NCBI GenBank assembly: GCA_951406725.2
Contig: OX597824.1
Span: 60,264,001 to 60,328,000 of the forward strand
DNA length: 64,000 nt
Direction of reading: 5' to 3'
DNA from: Octopus vulgaris
Lineage: Eukaryota
Shown: piece after piece, positions 40,621 to 55,613 of the stretch
Position numbering within the stretch: position 1 is the stretch's first letter
Layout of the letters: every line of letters starts with the position of its first letter
Position numbers and translations under genes: made by a program
Notes under the pieces: generated by a model
Told to the model about the DNA's origin: nothing
Seen by the model: the letters and a program-made list of their open reading frames with translations, nothing else
Databases searched by the model: none

Positions 40621-40984
40621 ACTCTGTCAAATGTAATGCTTATTTATTCACATTGTTTTTAACTAATCATTTGTCATCTTGTAGCATTGTGATTTCAATG
40701 ATGTTATTGTATATTTTTAAAATAACATTGTAAGATAGGTGGGAGAGACGGGATCTTGCCACTTTGCTTTCCATGATTCTTTCTCTCACACTGCATGTGT
40801 TTGTAAAGAGTTCCTTTATTCATAGCCCACCACCAAACCTAGTATGTGCACTTATCCTGCACCTCTGCTGTTTACTCTCTCTGTATTTCTCTTTTACCCT
40901 ATGATGTTAAGCATAACTGGAAAAATCAACCAACCAACATTTATGACGTCTATAATTAGAGATATTTCTCCCACACAAACCAAG

Positions 40985-41903
40985 GGAACTTGTATGTGGT
41001 TATTTGGGCTTGCTAGAAACAGAAGCCAAATATCTTAAAAAACATCTTAAAAAGAGAAGATTATTAGATAATAATTGTTCTAAATTTACAATTGAAATAA
41101 AAGATGGTTGAAATAAAAGTTGAAATAAAAGATGGAATGCTTTTGACCATATTGTCCATTGGATTAGGATGCATTTAGGGTTAAAGAACTATATGGGCAC
41201 TCAACTTGCTAGAAATAATAACCAATCTACTTCAAATTACATAGTAATGATTTAAAGTAGGAAGGAGAAACACACACACACACACTTCATATACTCTTAA
41301 AATAAAACAGAAAAAAACAAACTAGATGACCAGGGTTGGGATGTCCTTCATTATTGGTTATTTGATCCTTCATTAGATTATGAATTCAATAACAACTTCA
41401 ACAAACCAACGGAGGAGCCTCTCTAGTGTTGCTCCACTTGCAAGAAATAGTAGCGAAATCTCTATGAATTCAAACACCATCGTCTTTTAAAACGGACATA
41501 TTGAATAATTAGCCCAAGAGATGCAGTGCCTGAAAAAATTATAGTGGTGATCATAGATCGATTGCCACAGATCACAGTCTTGTCTGATCAAGACTGACCT
41601 GTAACTAAACAAGGTTATTACGTCCTGAGTCCAGGGTCGATAACTTTAAGTACCAGTCATGTACTACAACTGGTTCCTATAATAAAATGTGACCTATACG
41701 TCCTCGAACAAATAACTAGAAACAATAGCCAAATAACCTTTTGATCACATCTTACTGTCATAAATATAAAAAGAGTTACACATTGGATAACAGGAAACTA
41801 GAGACATGATGGCTGAAAAAATAAATAAGGCAGGATGGTCATAGTTGGGACGCCTTTGAGCATAGATCTGCTCGACTAGGGTTAACCTGGGTCAAACAAT
41901 AAC
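40985..41903. repeat. Four degenerate tandem copies of a ~200-250-bp repeat
   Basis: Recurring cttgctagaaata..agccaaat..ggatggtcat.. motif; same family as the 63289 unit in opposite orientation. Confidence 0.6.
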
Positions 41904-42163
41904 CTCGTCATTGTAAATCCAACATCAAAATTTTTTTTCCTCAAAGGACAGTATCAGATGTGATGTTCGTTCCGTTTCCAAAAGCAATAACAGAATGGTA
42001 AAGGTTACTGTCGGAGGAATAATATACTAAACAACAAAACACGCCAAGTGGTCTGTCAATCTATCTATCGATAGATATGCATGCACGTATGTATACGTGT
42101 GCTTGTATATATATATACTCAGAGTAACAGATTTTGTTGAATTTTCTGCTGCTTAAAATAAAG

Positions 42164-42194
<31 letters not shown>

Positions 42195-43637
42195 GTACAA
42201 ATATATATTTCACACATACAAATATATATGTACAGAGATAAAAAGAAAGATGAATATTTGTGTGTGTGTGTGTTGTTATTGTCCCCACTATTACTATGCC
42301 AAATTACTTCAAACAGCAGATCACACCCGAACCAGCGATTTATGTTAATCGCGTACATAGAACGGTAAGATTCTATAAGTGATGAATACCCCCTCCCACG
42401 TCATAGCATCCCCTCCCTTTATCTCCGTGGCTGAAGAGTTCTCTAACACTTGTGCGAGTGACACTCAACATAACATCAGCATCTTCTCTATCCTTCTGCT
42501 ACTGGAGAGTTCAGTCCGGTCATGTCAGTGTGAGTGACACTCACACGATAACCCTGGCCTTCCCCTAGGAACGACATACATACTGTCATATACATATACA
42601 TACATACATACATACATACCTACATTTATATATATATATTTATATATATATATATATATGAATGATCTTACGCAGAGATCACACAAATATATCTAGATTG
42701 ATACAGCTTCACAGCACATGAGTGAGTGCTACACAATGATTTCTCCATCAGCCAGGTAAAACCAATTTACATTATTATTATAAAACATAAATACACACAC
42801 ACACACACAGACATATGCATATCACTATGTATGTATGTAATATATATATAATGTATATATATTTATAAACACATGTACGTACATACGCGCATATGTGTTT
42901 ACATGTGTCAATGTACACTTTTCTTTATGCCTCATTCGTAAAACAAAACAAATGCTATTCATAATATCAGCGTGTATTATGTAAGGTTTATTTGTGTTAA
43001 CTATGATTTATGTGTTTATTTAATATGAAGGCGCTGCCCCAGCATGGTCGCATCACCGAAACTAGCAACTATAAAAACTCTCTCACTCTCTCTTTATATA
43101 CACACATACATACATATACACACACACATATATATTTGTGTGTATGTGTATTAAATACTGAAGCTTCATGAACGGTTACTCGGAGTTTCACGCTGCCAAT
43201 TCATCTAACAGCAATAAAAACTCAGAGTAACGATCAGTATTGAGTACATTCTTTTCAATGTTTGTAAACACATATATAAACATGTATATGTGTGTATGTA
43301 TATATATTTGCGTGCGTGTGTGTGTATATTTTTGTTATGAGCTTGGAGCCCTGGTAATCCTTTACAACACTTATTTCTTTATTTCATTATTACACTCAAG
43401 GGGCTAAACATAGAGGGGACAAACAAGTACAAACAAACGGATTAAGTCGATTACATCGAACCCAGTGTGTCATTGGTACTTAATTTATCGACCCCGGAAG
43501 GATGAAAGGTAAAACCCAATGTATCTATCGTTTAGATTACCTGAACTAAACACCCATATTTTGTGCGTGTGTATATATATACATACATACATACATATAC
43601 ATATATATATATACATACATATATATATATATATATG

Positions 43638-43698
<61 letters not shown>

Positions 43699-44284
43699 AA
43701 AATTGGCGGTGCTCCGGGATGGCTGCAGTCAAATGACTGAAACAAGTAACAATACGTTTGAAAACAAATCCCTCACACATGCATTGCGAGAGAATACACA
43801 AATGCATGTTTAAATATCTATATATATATAAACATATACGTACATGCATACACATATATAAACGTACATGTAGACACACACATACATATATATATGAACA
43901 TATATACCCACATACACATATGTATATACTCACACACACACATATATATGTGTATGTATAATTTTATTAATATTGATCATAAACGACAGAGTATAATAGT
44001 ATTGGTCCGAGAGTTTCGTGTAGTGATAAGCTTGATGAGTGTCAATGTACGAAACTGTTGGACCTTGAGTCACTCTGTTGCTCCAACTAAATATCAATAC
44101 TATTATACATATACTCATATTTTGAGTTCAATTTTTCCTGTTTGCCTCACCATACTTATATGTGTATGTTATACACGACAAATTTACACACACACACATA
44201 TATATATGCTGACATACACATACCTATATATATATATATTTATATATATACACACATGTGTGTGTGTGTATATACATATATAAA

Positions 44285-44408
44285 CAGGGTGATTCAAAAG
44301 TCACCATACATAGGAAAATTTTATTTTTATAAGAAATAGTTAAATGAAAAAAACCCGTTTCTTCTAAAAAATAAATTGTTATGTATGGCGACTTTTGAAA
44401 CACCCTTG
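44285..44408. mobile_element. Tc1/mariner-type MITE (duplicate at 52998-53121)
   Basis: TIR cagggtgattcaaaagtcaccataca / tgtatggcgacttttgaaacacccttg; terminus resembles the 22889 element. Confidence 0.75.
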
Positions 44409-44432
44409 TATGTGTAGGTGCTTGTGCCTCTC

Positions 44433-44472
<40 letters not shown>

Positions 44473-45034
44473 ATTATGCATATAGACACACATTTAAATA
44501 TGTATGTACATATATATAAAGATATATATATATACTAGTAAATACAAATACAAATGAATACAAATAAATATAAATATTTATGCATATAAATATATTTATA
44601 TGTCTACATAGATATATAAATATAGACATATATAGATATATATTTCTTTATTGCCTACAGTGGGCTAAACATAGAGGGGACAAACAAGGACAGACAAAGG
44701 GATTAAGTCGATTACATCGACACCAGTATGTAGCTGGTACATATTTAATCGACCCCAAAAAGATGAAAGGCAAAGTGGACCTCAGTGGAATTTGAACTCA
44801 GAACGTAACGGCAGATGAAATACTGCTAAGCATATCGCCCGGCATGCTAACGTTTCTGCAGCTCGCTGCCCTTATGTATATATGTATGTACATACCTATA
44901 TATAAGCGTATATATACATAATATGCCTATATATATATGTAGATATCTCTATATATGTGTATATGTATATATTTACGTATGTATAGATATATGTAGGTAT
45001 ATATATATATATATATACACACATATATCAAGAA

Positions 45035-45220
45035 AAATTAAATGTAGAGATATTCAATTGACAATCCAATTTATTTATATTACAATAGTACATTAAATAC
45101 TTATGAATATAACATATTATATAACATAAATAATTATGTATTATATTCATAGTATTTAATGTAATATTGTAATATAGATAAATTATTGAGTTGTCAGTTG
45201 AATATCTCTATATTTAATTT
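45035..45220. repeat. AT-rich fold-back hairpin (duplicate at 53748-53933)
   Basis: aaattaaatgtagagatattcaattgacaa... mirrored by ...ttgtcagttgaatatctctatatttaattt. Confidence 0.85.
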
Positions 45221-45563
45221 ATCTTTCTAATTGAATTACACCAATATATACATATATGTATATATATATATGTGTGTATATATATATATATGTATTATTT
45301 ATATATGTATATATTTATACACACACACAAATATATACACATATATATATGCACACACATATATACACATGTATATACATATATATATACACACATAAAT
45401 ATACATACATATATATATGCATACATATCTATATATATATACACATAAAAATACCTGTATATATATATATATATACACACATACACACACACACATACAC
45501 TGACATATCAGTGAATTGGCTGTTTAACACACCCATTTGAAGGATTTCTTTTCCTCAGTTTGT

Positions 45564-45607
<44 letters not shown>

Positions 45608-45609
<2 letters not shown>

Positions 45610-45912
45610 AAATCAAATTCGATGACTGGCATCCATGTTTGTGGAGCACTAAGAACACCATCCGAGTGTGATCATTACCAGCATCGCCTCACTGGCACTT
45701 GTGCCGGTGGCATGTGAAAAAACATTTGAGCGAGGTTGTTGCCAGTGCCGCTGGACTGGCTCCTGTGCAGATGGCATGTAAAGAACACCATCAGAGTGGT
45801 TGGCGTTAGGAAGGGCATCGAGCTGTAGAAACTCTTCCAGATCAGATTGGAGCCTGGTGCAGCCATCAAATTCACCAGTCCTCAGTCAAATCGTCCAACC
45901 GATGCTAGCATG
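45608..45912 (+). mobile_element. RTE LINE 3' UTR fragment truncated by the next element
   Basis: Matches 38370-38878. Confidence 0.85.
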
Positions 45913-46490
45913 GTATACATGTAAGATTCTAATACCTTATGAGTAAAATCCAATAGTATTTAAAGTTGGTCATTCCAAGTATAGTCTTTATACATAGTGT
46001 TATTGAATCAAGAGTTTTATCTAAAGTGACCTAAAAGTAGGGGATGTATTAGTAAGGTCAAATCGAAAACATGAAGAGAGGAATAAAGAAAGAGACAAAA
46101 GAAAGAGAAGAAAATAAGAAGAAAAATGATAAAATAATAAAAATAAAAAGAGAGGAAAATAATAAACTTGGAATGACCAATTTTAAATACTACTGGATTT
46201 TACTCATAAGGTATTGGAATCTTATATGTATACCATTCTGCCTAAATAATGGATCTACAAATACAATATCCCTGAATATCTCTCATCTATTTTCATTCCT
46301 CCAGCTCACTCTCTATTTCGTATCTTATCTAAATTAATTATTGCTTAACCATCTTCTCACGCCGTCTCCGATGAAGGGATATAATAAATATCCTAGAAAC
46401 AGCTGTAAGACCTATTTATAAATGTTCTAAAATATACACAGCCTTGGTTTTTTATCTCATTATGAAAAAAATTTTTATATACACACGCTG
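45910..46490 (+). mobile_element. Putative Penelope-like 3' remnant with inverted partial copy (duplicate at 54633-55213)
   Basis: 71-bp inverted repeats 45910-45980 / 46166-46236, followed by a hammerhead motif. Confidence 0.55.
46364..46411 (+). ncRNA. Type I hammerhead-like motif, CCGAUGA core variant
   Basis: GUCU-CCGAUGA-AGGGAUAU aauaa AUAUCCUA-GAAAC-AGCU-GUA-AGAC. Confidence 0.6.
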
Positions 46491-46849
46491 ATATATGACC
46501 TAAGTTGGACGCCTTATTGGCATAATCACCGAATCTGAAACTTAACTATGGTTTATCCATAGCACTTATTCCGCATTACCTGACACCTTTGGGTCGCACT
46601 GGCACCATTACCTCTCATAACCTACATAGTATATATACATACATATATATATATATATCTAACTGCTCAGTCTAAGTCGACTCTCGGTCATTCGTTGGAT
46701 CAGTGTCCTCCAGTCAGTTCTATCCTGGGCCATGTCCATTCCGGTATCACTCCTGATGGTGTCAAGCCTGCGGGTTCTTGACGGCCTCTTCCTCTCTTGC
46801 CACTGACCATTCCGAGAATGATGTCCTTCTCCAGGGATTCTCTCTGCAT

Positions 46850-46949
46850 NNNNNNNNNNNNNNNNNNNNNNNNNNNNNNNNNNNNNNNNNNNNNNNNNNN
46901 NNNNNNNNNNNNNNNNNNNNNNNNNNNNNNNNNNNNNNNNNNNNNNNNN
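46850..46949. other. Assembly gap (100 N)
   Basis: Direct reading. Confidence 1.
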
Positions 46950-49900
46950 ATCCGAGGGTGATAATTGCCAGAACAGCCAACTGGCTTCCGTACCTGTGGC
47001 ACGTAAAAGGGCACCATTCGAGTGTGATCGTTACCAACGTCACTTCACTGGCATCTGTGCTGGTAGCACGTGTAAAAAAGATTCGAGCGAGGTTGTTACC
47101 AGTACTGGCTGACTGGCGCCCATGCCGGTAGCACGTAAAAAGCACCCACTACACTCTCGGAGTGGTTGGCATTAGGAAGGGCATCCAGCTGTAGAAACTC
47201 TGCCAGATCAAGATTGGAGCCTGGTGCAGCCATCTGGCTCGGCAGCCCTCAGTCAAAATTGTCCAACCCATGCTAGCATGGAAAGTGGACGTTAAACAAT
47301 GATGATGATGATATATATATATATATACATACATATATATAATTTATAATAGATAGGTAGACATGTTCTCCTATACTGTTATGTTCTCCAATACTGTTGA
47401 CTGCCCACCAATACATGAAGCTGTTTCTGAAAAAGGAGACATGAAATGTCATCAAATTTATCTGGGACAGCCTCTATACAAGCTACTTATATTACAACAT
47501 TCTGTCTGTATAATTTTTGGTGACTTCACTTTTAGACCACAATTCTCTAAAGAGTTCTAATAAAACTAAAAACAATATCCAAGCTGCAAAATAGCAGACT
47601 CACACATAATTTGGCACTGCATTTATAATTAATTATTTAAAATTTCAACAGTATCTCCATTCTTGATCACAATTTACCTTTCAGTTAATGAGTTTTCCTC
47701 CACATTACTACTGTAACTTTACTTAATTAACATTTCCCGATCTAGTATGTTAAGCATGTTAACTCCAGCTCACATAACTGTGTCTAGTTTAGGCATAAAG
47801 CCAGCAATTTCAAGGGGATGAAGTTAGTGTTAATCTATCTTATTGACTCTTAGAAGATGAAAAACAATGTTGACTTTGGGATTTGAAATCGGAACATAAA
47901 GAATAGGAACAAATACCACAAAGCATTTTTAGCAATACTATTATTTTGTTACCCTATTTCAAATTATAGTGTTAATTCTGTTTCCAAAAGGCAATGTTTT
48001 TTCTTCTGTTCAACAAAGTACTTTACCTCTCATCAGCTACTGCAGCTAACCTTCAATCAAACTCAATTAGGGGTCACATTAGAATATTGTCCCCATATCT
48101 AAGATAGTGAGTAGCGTTGCTGTTACACACATAGTTATCTTATATTTGACACCAAACATCATTCAGCTGATTATAAGAATTCATTCACCATCATGCCACA
48201 ATTGTTGTCACACAGCCTCATTATTTCTTTTTTTATTTTCGTCTTTTGCTCTTTTTAACTTGAGCAGAATGACTTCTCTCTGAAATAGCGAGAGTTGAGT
48301 ACACCACGGTTAACCCTTAAGCATTCAGATTACTCTGTCAAATATATATTGCTTAATAATTCTCATTGTTTTGAATTAATCATTCATTATCTCATAGCTT
48401 CGAGATTTCGCTGATGTGATAGTTTAGTTTTAGAATAACATTGCAGGGTGGGTGTGAGAGGCTGGATCTAGTCAGTTTGAACATAAAACAGGTAGAATAT
48501 TTGGGCCTGATATGAGCAGTGTAAATGCTAAAGGGTTGATATCAGGAAATATGGCAGACATACAATAATCATAATTTTAACTTTTATCAAATTTCTTGGT
48601 ACTTGTACAAAATGATGAAAAGAATACTAATTTTCAAAAGAAAAATATTTATTTTAAAATGAAATTAACCCTTTAGCATTCAGATTACTCAGTCAAATGT
48701 GCTGGCACTCTGTTGGTTATGATGACAAAGGTTCTAGTTGATCTGATCAACAGAACAGCTTGCTTGTGAAATTAAGTTGCATGTGGCTGAGCACTCCATA
48801 GACACGTGTACCCTTCACATAATTCTCAGGGAGGTTCAGCATGACACAGTGTGACAAGGCTAGCCCTTTGAAATACAGGTACTGCTCATTTTTGCCAGCT
48901 GAGTGGACTGGAACAACATGAAATAAAGTGTCTTGCTCAAGGGTACAATGCATTGCCAGGGATTGAATCCATGACCTAATGATTGCGAGTCAAATATCCT
49001 AACCACTAAGCCATGTGCTTTCACTCTGTCAAATGTAATGCTTATTTATTCACATTGTTTTTAACTAATCATTTGTCATCTTGTAGCATTGTGATTTCAA
49101 TGATGTTATTGTATATTTTTAAAATAACATTGTAAGATAGGTGGGAGAGACGGGATCTTGCCACTTTGCTTTCCATGATTCTTTCTCTCACACTGCATGT
49201 GTTTGTAAAGAGTTCCTTTATTCATAGCCCACCACCAAACCTAGTATGTGCACTTATCCTGCACCTCTGCTGTTTACTCTCTCTGTATTTCTTTTACCCT
49301 ATGATGTTAAGCATAACTGGAAAAATCAACCAACCAACATTTATGACGTCTATAATTAGAGATATTTCTCCCACACAAACCAAGGGAACTTGTATGTGGT
49401 TATTTGGGCTTGCTAGAAACAGAAGCCAAATATCTTCAAAAACATCTTAATAAGAGATTATTAGATAATAATTGTTCTAAATTTACAAAGTTGAAATAAA
49501 AGATGGAATGCTTTTGACCATATTGTCCATTGGATTAGGATGCATTTAGGGTTAAAGAACTATATGGGCACTCAACTTGCTAGAAATAATAACCAATCTA
49601 CTTCAAATTACATAGTAATGATTTAAAGTAGGAAGGAGAAACACACACACACACACTTCATATACTCTTAAAATAAAACAGAAAAAAACAAACTAGATGA
49701 CCAGGGTTGGGATGTCCTTCATTATTGGTTATTTGATCCTTCATTAGATTATGAATTCAATAACAACTTCAACAAACCAACGGAGGAGCCTCTCTGTTGT
49801 TGCTCCACTTGCAAGAAATAGTAGCGAAATCTCTATGAATTCAAACACCATCGTCTTTTAAAACGGACATATTGAATAATTAGCCCAAGAGATGCAGTGC

Positions 49901-50496
49901 CTGAAAAAATTATAGTGGTGATCATAGATCGATTGCCACAGATCACAGTCTTGTCTGATCAAGACTGACCTGTAACTAAACAAGGTTATTACGTCCTGAG
50001 TCCAGGGTCGATAACTTTAAGTACCAGTCATGTACTACAACTGGTTCCTATAATAAAATGTGACCTATACGTCCTCGAACAAATAACTAGAAACAATAGC
50101 CAAATAACCTTTTGATCACATCTTACTGTCATAAATATAAAAAGAGTTACACATTGGATAACAGGAAACTAGAGACATGATGGCTGAAAAAATAAATAAG
50201 GCAGGATGGTCATAGTTGGGACGCCTTTGAGCATAGATCTGCTCGACTAGGGTTAACCTGGGTCAAACAATAACCTCGTCATTGTAAATCCAACATCAAA
50301 ATTTTTTCGTCAAAGGACAGTATCAGATGTGATGTTCGTTCCGTTTCCAAAAGCAATAACAGAATGGTAAAGGTTACTGTCGGAGGAATAATATACTAAA
50401 CAACAAAACACGCCAAGTGGTCTGTCAATCTATCTATCTATCTGTCTGTCTATCTATCTATCGATAGATATGCATGCACGTATGTATACGTGTGCT

Positions 50497-50551
<55 letters not shown>

Positions 50552-51480
50552 CACATGTACAAATATATATTTACATATATTTCACACATACAAATATATA
50601 TGTACAGAGATAAAAAGAAAGATGAATATTTGTGTGTGTGTGTGTTGTTATTGTCCTCACTATTACTATGCCAAATTACTTCAAACAGCAGATCACACCC
50701 GAACCAGCGATTTATGTTAATCGCGTACATAGAACGGTAAGATTCTATAAGTGATGAATACCCCCTCCCACGTCATAGCATCCCCTCCCTTTATCTCCGT
50801 GGCTGAAGAGTTCTCTAACACTTGTGCGAGTGACACTCAACATAACATCAGCATCTTCTCTATCCTTCTGCTACTGGAGAGTTCAGTCCGGTCATGTCAG
50901 TGTGAGTGACACTCATACGATAACCCTGGCCTTCCCCTAGGAACGACATACATACTGTCATATACATATACATACATACATACATACATACCTACATTTA
51001 TATATATATATTTATATATATATATATATATGAATGATCTTACGCAGAGATCACACAAATATATCTAGATTGATACAGCTTCACAGCACATGAGTGAGTG
51101 CTACACAATGATTTCTCCATCAGCCAGGTAAAACCAATTTACATTATTATTATAAAACATAAATACACACACACACACACAGACATATGCATATCACTAT
51201 GTATGTATGTAATATATATATAATGTATATATATATATATATATTTATAAACACATGTACGTACATACGCGCATATGTGTTTACATGTGTCAATGTACAC
51301 TTTTCTTTATGCCTCATTCGTAAAACAAAACAAATGCTATTCATAATATCAGCGTGTATTATGTAAGGTTTATTTGTGTTAACTATGATTTATGTGTTTA
51401 TTTAATATGAACGGGCTGCCCCAGCATGGTCGCATCACCGAAACTAGCAACTATAAAAACTCTCTCACTCTCTCTTTATA

Positions 51481-51512
<32 letters not shown>

Positions 51513-51988
51513 CACACACACACATATATATTTGTGTGTGTGTGTATTAAATACTGAAGCTTCATGAACGGTTACTCGGAGTTTCACGCTGCCAATTCAT
51601 CTAACAGCAATAAAAACTCAGAGTAACCATCAGTATTGAGTACATTCTTTTCAATGTTTGTAAACACATATATAAACATGTATATGTGTGTATGTATATA
51701 TATTTGCGTGCGTGTGTGTGTATATTTTTGTTATGAGCTTGGAGCCCTGGTAATCCTTTACAACACTTATTTCTTTATTTCATTATTACACTCAAGGGGC
51801 TAAACATAGAGGGGACAAACAAGTACAGACAAACGGATTAAGTCGATTACATCGAACCCAGTGTGTCACTGGTACTTAATTTATCGACCCCGGAAGGATG
51901 AAAGGTAAAACCCAGTGTATCGTTTAGATTACCTGAACTAAACACCCATATTTTGTGCGTGTGTATATATATACATACATACATATAC

Positions 51989-52034
<46 letters not shown>

Positions 52035-52169
52035 ATATATATATGTATGTATATATATATATATGTATGTATATATATATGTATATATATATATGTATAT
52101 ATATATGTATGTATATATATATGTATATATATATATATGTATGTATATATATATATATGTATGTATATA

Positions 52170-52214
<45 letters not shown>

Positions 52215-52215
52215 G

Positions 52216-52261
<46 letters not shown>

Positions 52262-52305
52262 TATGTATGTATATATATATATGTATGTATATATATATAT
52301 GTATG

Positions 52306-52343
<38 letters not shown>

Positions 52344-52362
52344 TATATATATATATATATGT

Positions 52363-52410
<48 letters not shown>

Positions 52411-53145
52411 AAAATTGGCGGTGCTCCGGGATGGCTGCAGTCAAATGACTGAAACAAGTAACAATACGTTTGAAAACAAATCTCACACATGCATTGCGAG
52501 AGAATACACAAATGCATGTTTAAATATCTATATATATATAAACATATACGTACATGCATACACATATATAAACGTACATGTAGACACACACATACATATA
52601 TATGAACATATATACCCACATACACACATGTATATACTCACACACACACATATATATGTGTATGTATAATTTTATTAATATTGATCATAAACGACAGAGT
52701 ATAATAGTATTGGTCCGAGAGTTTCGTGTAGTGATAAGCTTGATGAGTGTCAATGTACGAAACTGTTGGACCTTGAGTCACTCTGTTGCTCCAACTAAAT
52801 ATCATATACTATTATACATATACTCATATTTTGAGTTCAATTTTTCCTGTTTGCCTCACCATACTTATATGTGTATGTTATACACGACAAATTTACACAC
52901 ACACACATATATATATGCTGACATACACATACCTATATATATATATATATATTTATATATATACACACATGTGTGTGTGTGTATATACATATATAAACAG
53001 GGTGATCAAAAGTCACCATACATAGGAAAATTTTATTTTTATAAGAAATAGTTAAATGAAAAAAACCCGTTTCTTCTAAAAAATAAATTGTTATGTATGG
53101 CGACTTTTTGAAACACCCTTGTATGTGTAGGTGCTTGTGCCTCTC

Positions 53146-53183
<38 letters not shown>

Positions 53184-53981
53184 ATTATGCATATAGACAC
53201 ACATTTAAATATGTATGTACATATATATAAAGATATATATATATACTAGTAAATACAAATACAAATGAATACAAATAAATATAAATATTTATGCATATAA
53301 ATATATTTATATGTCTACATAGATATATAAATATAGACATATATAGATATATATTTCTTTATTGCCTACAGTGGGCTAAACATAGAGGGGACAAACAAGG
53401 ACAGACAAAGGGATTAAGTCGATTACATCGACACCAGTATGTAGCTGGTACATATTTAATCGACCCCAAAAAGATGAAAGGCAAAGTGGACCTCAGTGGA
53501 ATTTGAACTCAGAACATAACGGCAGATGAAATACTGCTAAGCATATCGCCCGGCATGCTAACGTTTCTGCAGCTCGTTGCCCTTATGTATATATGTATGT
53601 ACATACCTATATATAAGCGTATATATACATAATATGCCTATATATATATGTAGATATCTCTATATATGTGTATATGTATATATTTACGTATGTATAGATA
53701 TATGTAGGTATATATATATATATATATACACACACATATATCAAGAAAAATTAAATGTAGAGATATTCAATTGACAATCCAATTTATTTATATTACAATA
53801 GTACATTAAATACTTATGAATATAACATATTATATAACATAAATAATTATGTATTATATTCATAGTATTTAATGTAATATTGTAATATAAATAAATTATT
53901 GAGTTGTCAGTTGAATATCTCTATATTTAATTTATCTTTCTAATTGAATTACACCAATATATACATATATGTATATATATA

Positions 53982-54016
<35 letters not shown>

Positions 54017-54184
54017 GTATTATTTATATATGTATATATTTATACACACACACAAATATATACACATATATATATGCACACACATATATACACATGTATA
54101 TACATATATATATACACACATAAATATACATACATATATATATGCATACATATCTATATATATATATACACATAAAAATACCTG

Positions 54185-54215
<31 letters not shown>

Positions 54216-54294
54216 ACACACACACATACACTGACATATCAGTGAATTGGCTGTTTAACACACCCATTTGAAGGATTTCTTTTCCTCAGTTTGT

Positions 54295-54332
<38 letters not shown>

Positions 54333-55590
54333 AAATCAAATTCGATGACTAGCATCCGTGTTTGTGGAGCTCTAAGAACACCATCCGAGTGTGATCATTA
54401 CCAGCGTCGCCTCGCTGGCACTTGTGCCGGTGGCATGTGAAAAAACATTTGAGCGAGGTTGTTGCCAGTGCTGCTGGACTGGCTCCTGTGCAGATGGCAT
54501 GTAAAGAACACCATCAGAGTGGTTGGCGTTAGGAAGGGCATCGAGCTGTAGAAACTCTTCCAGATCAGATTGGAGCCTGGTGCAGCCATCAGATTCACCA
54601 GTCCTCAGTCAAATCGTCCAACCGATGCTAGCATGGTATACATGTAAGATTCTAATACCTTATGAGTAAAATCCAATAGTATTTAAAGTTGGTCATTCCA
54701 AGTATAGTCTTTATACATAGTGTTATTGAATCAAGAGTTTTATCTAAAGTGACCTAAAAGTAGGGGATGTATTAGTAAGGTCAAATCGAAAACATGAAGA
54801 GAGGAATAAAGAAAGAGACAAAAGAAAGAGAAGAAAATAAGAAGAAAAATGATAAAATAATAAAAATAAAAAGAGAGGAAAATAATAAACTTGGAATGAC
54901 CAATTTTAAATACTACTGGATTTTACTCATAAGGTATTGGAATCTTATATGTATACCATTCTGCCTAAATAATGGATCTACAAATACAATATCCCTGAAT
55001 ATCTCTCATCTATTTTCATTCCTCCAGCTCACTCTCTATTTCGTATCTTATCTAAATTAATTATTGCTTAACCATCTTCTCACGCCGTCTCCGATGAAGG
55101 GATATAATAAATATCCTAGAAACAGCTGTAAGACCTATTTATAAATGTTCTAAAATATACACAGCCTTGGTTTTTTATCTCATTATGAAAAAAATTTTTA
55201 TATACACATGCTGATATATGACCTAAGTTGGACGCCTTATTGGCATAATCACCGAATCTGAAACTTAACTATGGTCTATCCATAGCACTTATTCTGCATT
55301 ACCTGACACCTTTGGGTCACACTGGCACCATTACCTCTCATAACCTACATAGTATATATACATACATATATATATATATATCTAACCGCTCAGTCTAAGT
55401 CGACTCTCGGTCATTCGTTGGATCAGTGTCCTCCAGTCAGTTCTATCCTGGGCCACTTCCTTCAGACTGGCCAGGTCCATTCCGGTATCACTCCTGATGG
55501 TGTCAAGCCTGCGGGTTCTTGACGGCCTCTTCCTCTCTTGCCACTGACCATTCCAAGAATGATGTCCTTCTTCAGGGATTCTCTCCGCAT
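46950..55590 (+). repeat. Copy 2 of the direct duplication
   Basis: Begins immediately after the gap; colinear with 38548-46849. Confidence 0.97.
55087..55134 (+). ncRNA. Duplicate of the 46364 hammerhead-like motif
   Basis: Identical sequence. Confidence 0.6.
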
Positions 55591-55613
55591 AATATGACCG
55601 AAATATGCCAATC
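55381..55613 (-). mobile_element. RTE (BovB-like) LINE extreme 3' fragment (partial duplicate 46658-46849)
   Basis: [32 protein letters not shown]; (TA)-rich tracts on both sides. Confidence 0.75.

Larger units (their letters stand above)
38548..46849 (+). repeat. Copy 1 of ~8.3-kb direct duplication
   Basis: Colinear with 46950-55590; scattered SNPs and microsatellite length differences. Confidence 0.97.

Noticed and set aside
46071-46337. Lys/Glu-rich 88-aa ORF present twice
   Set aside because: Purine-rich low complexity within a repeat remnant; second copy comes from the large duplication.
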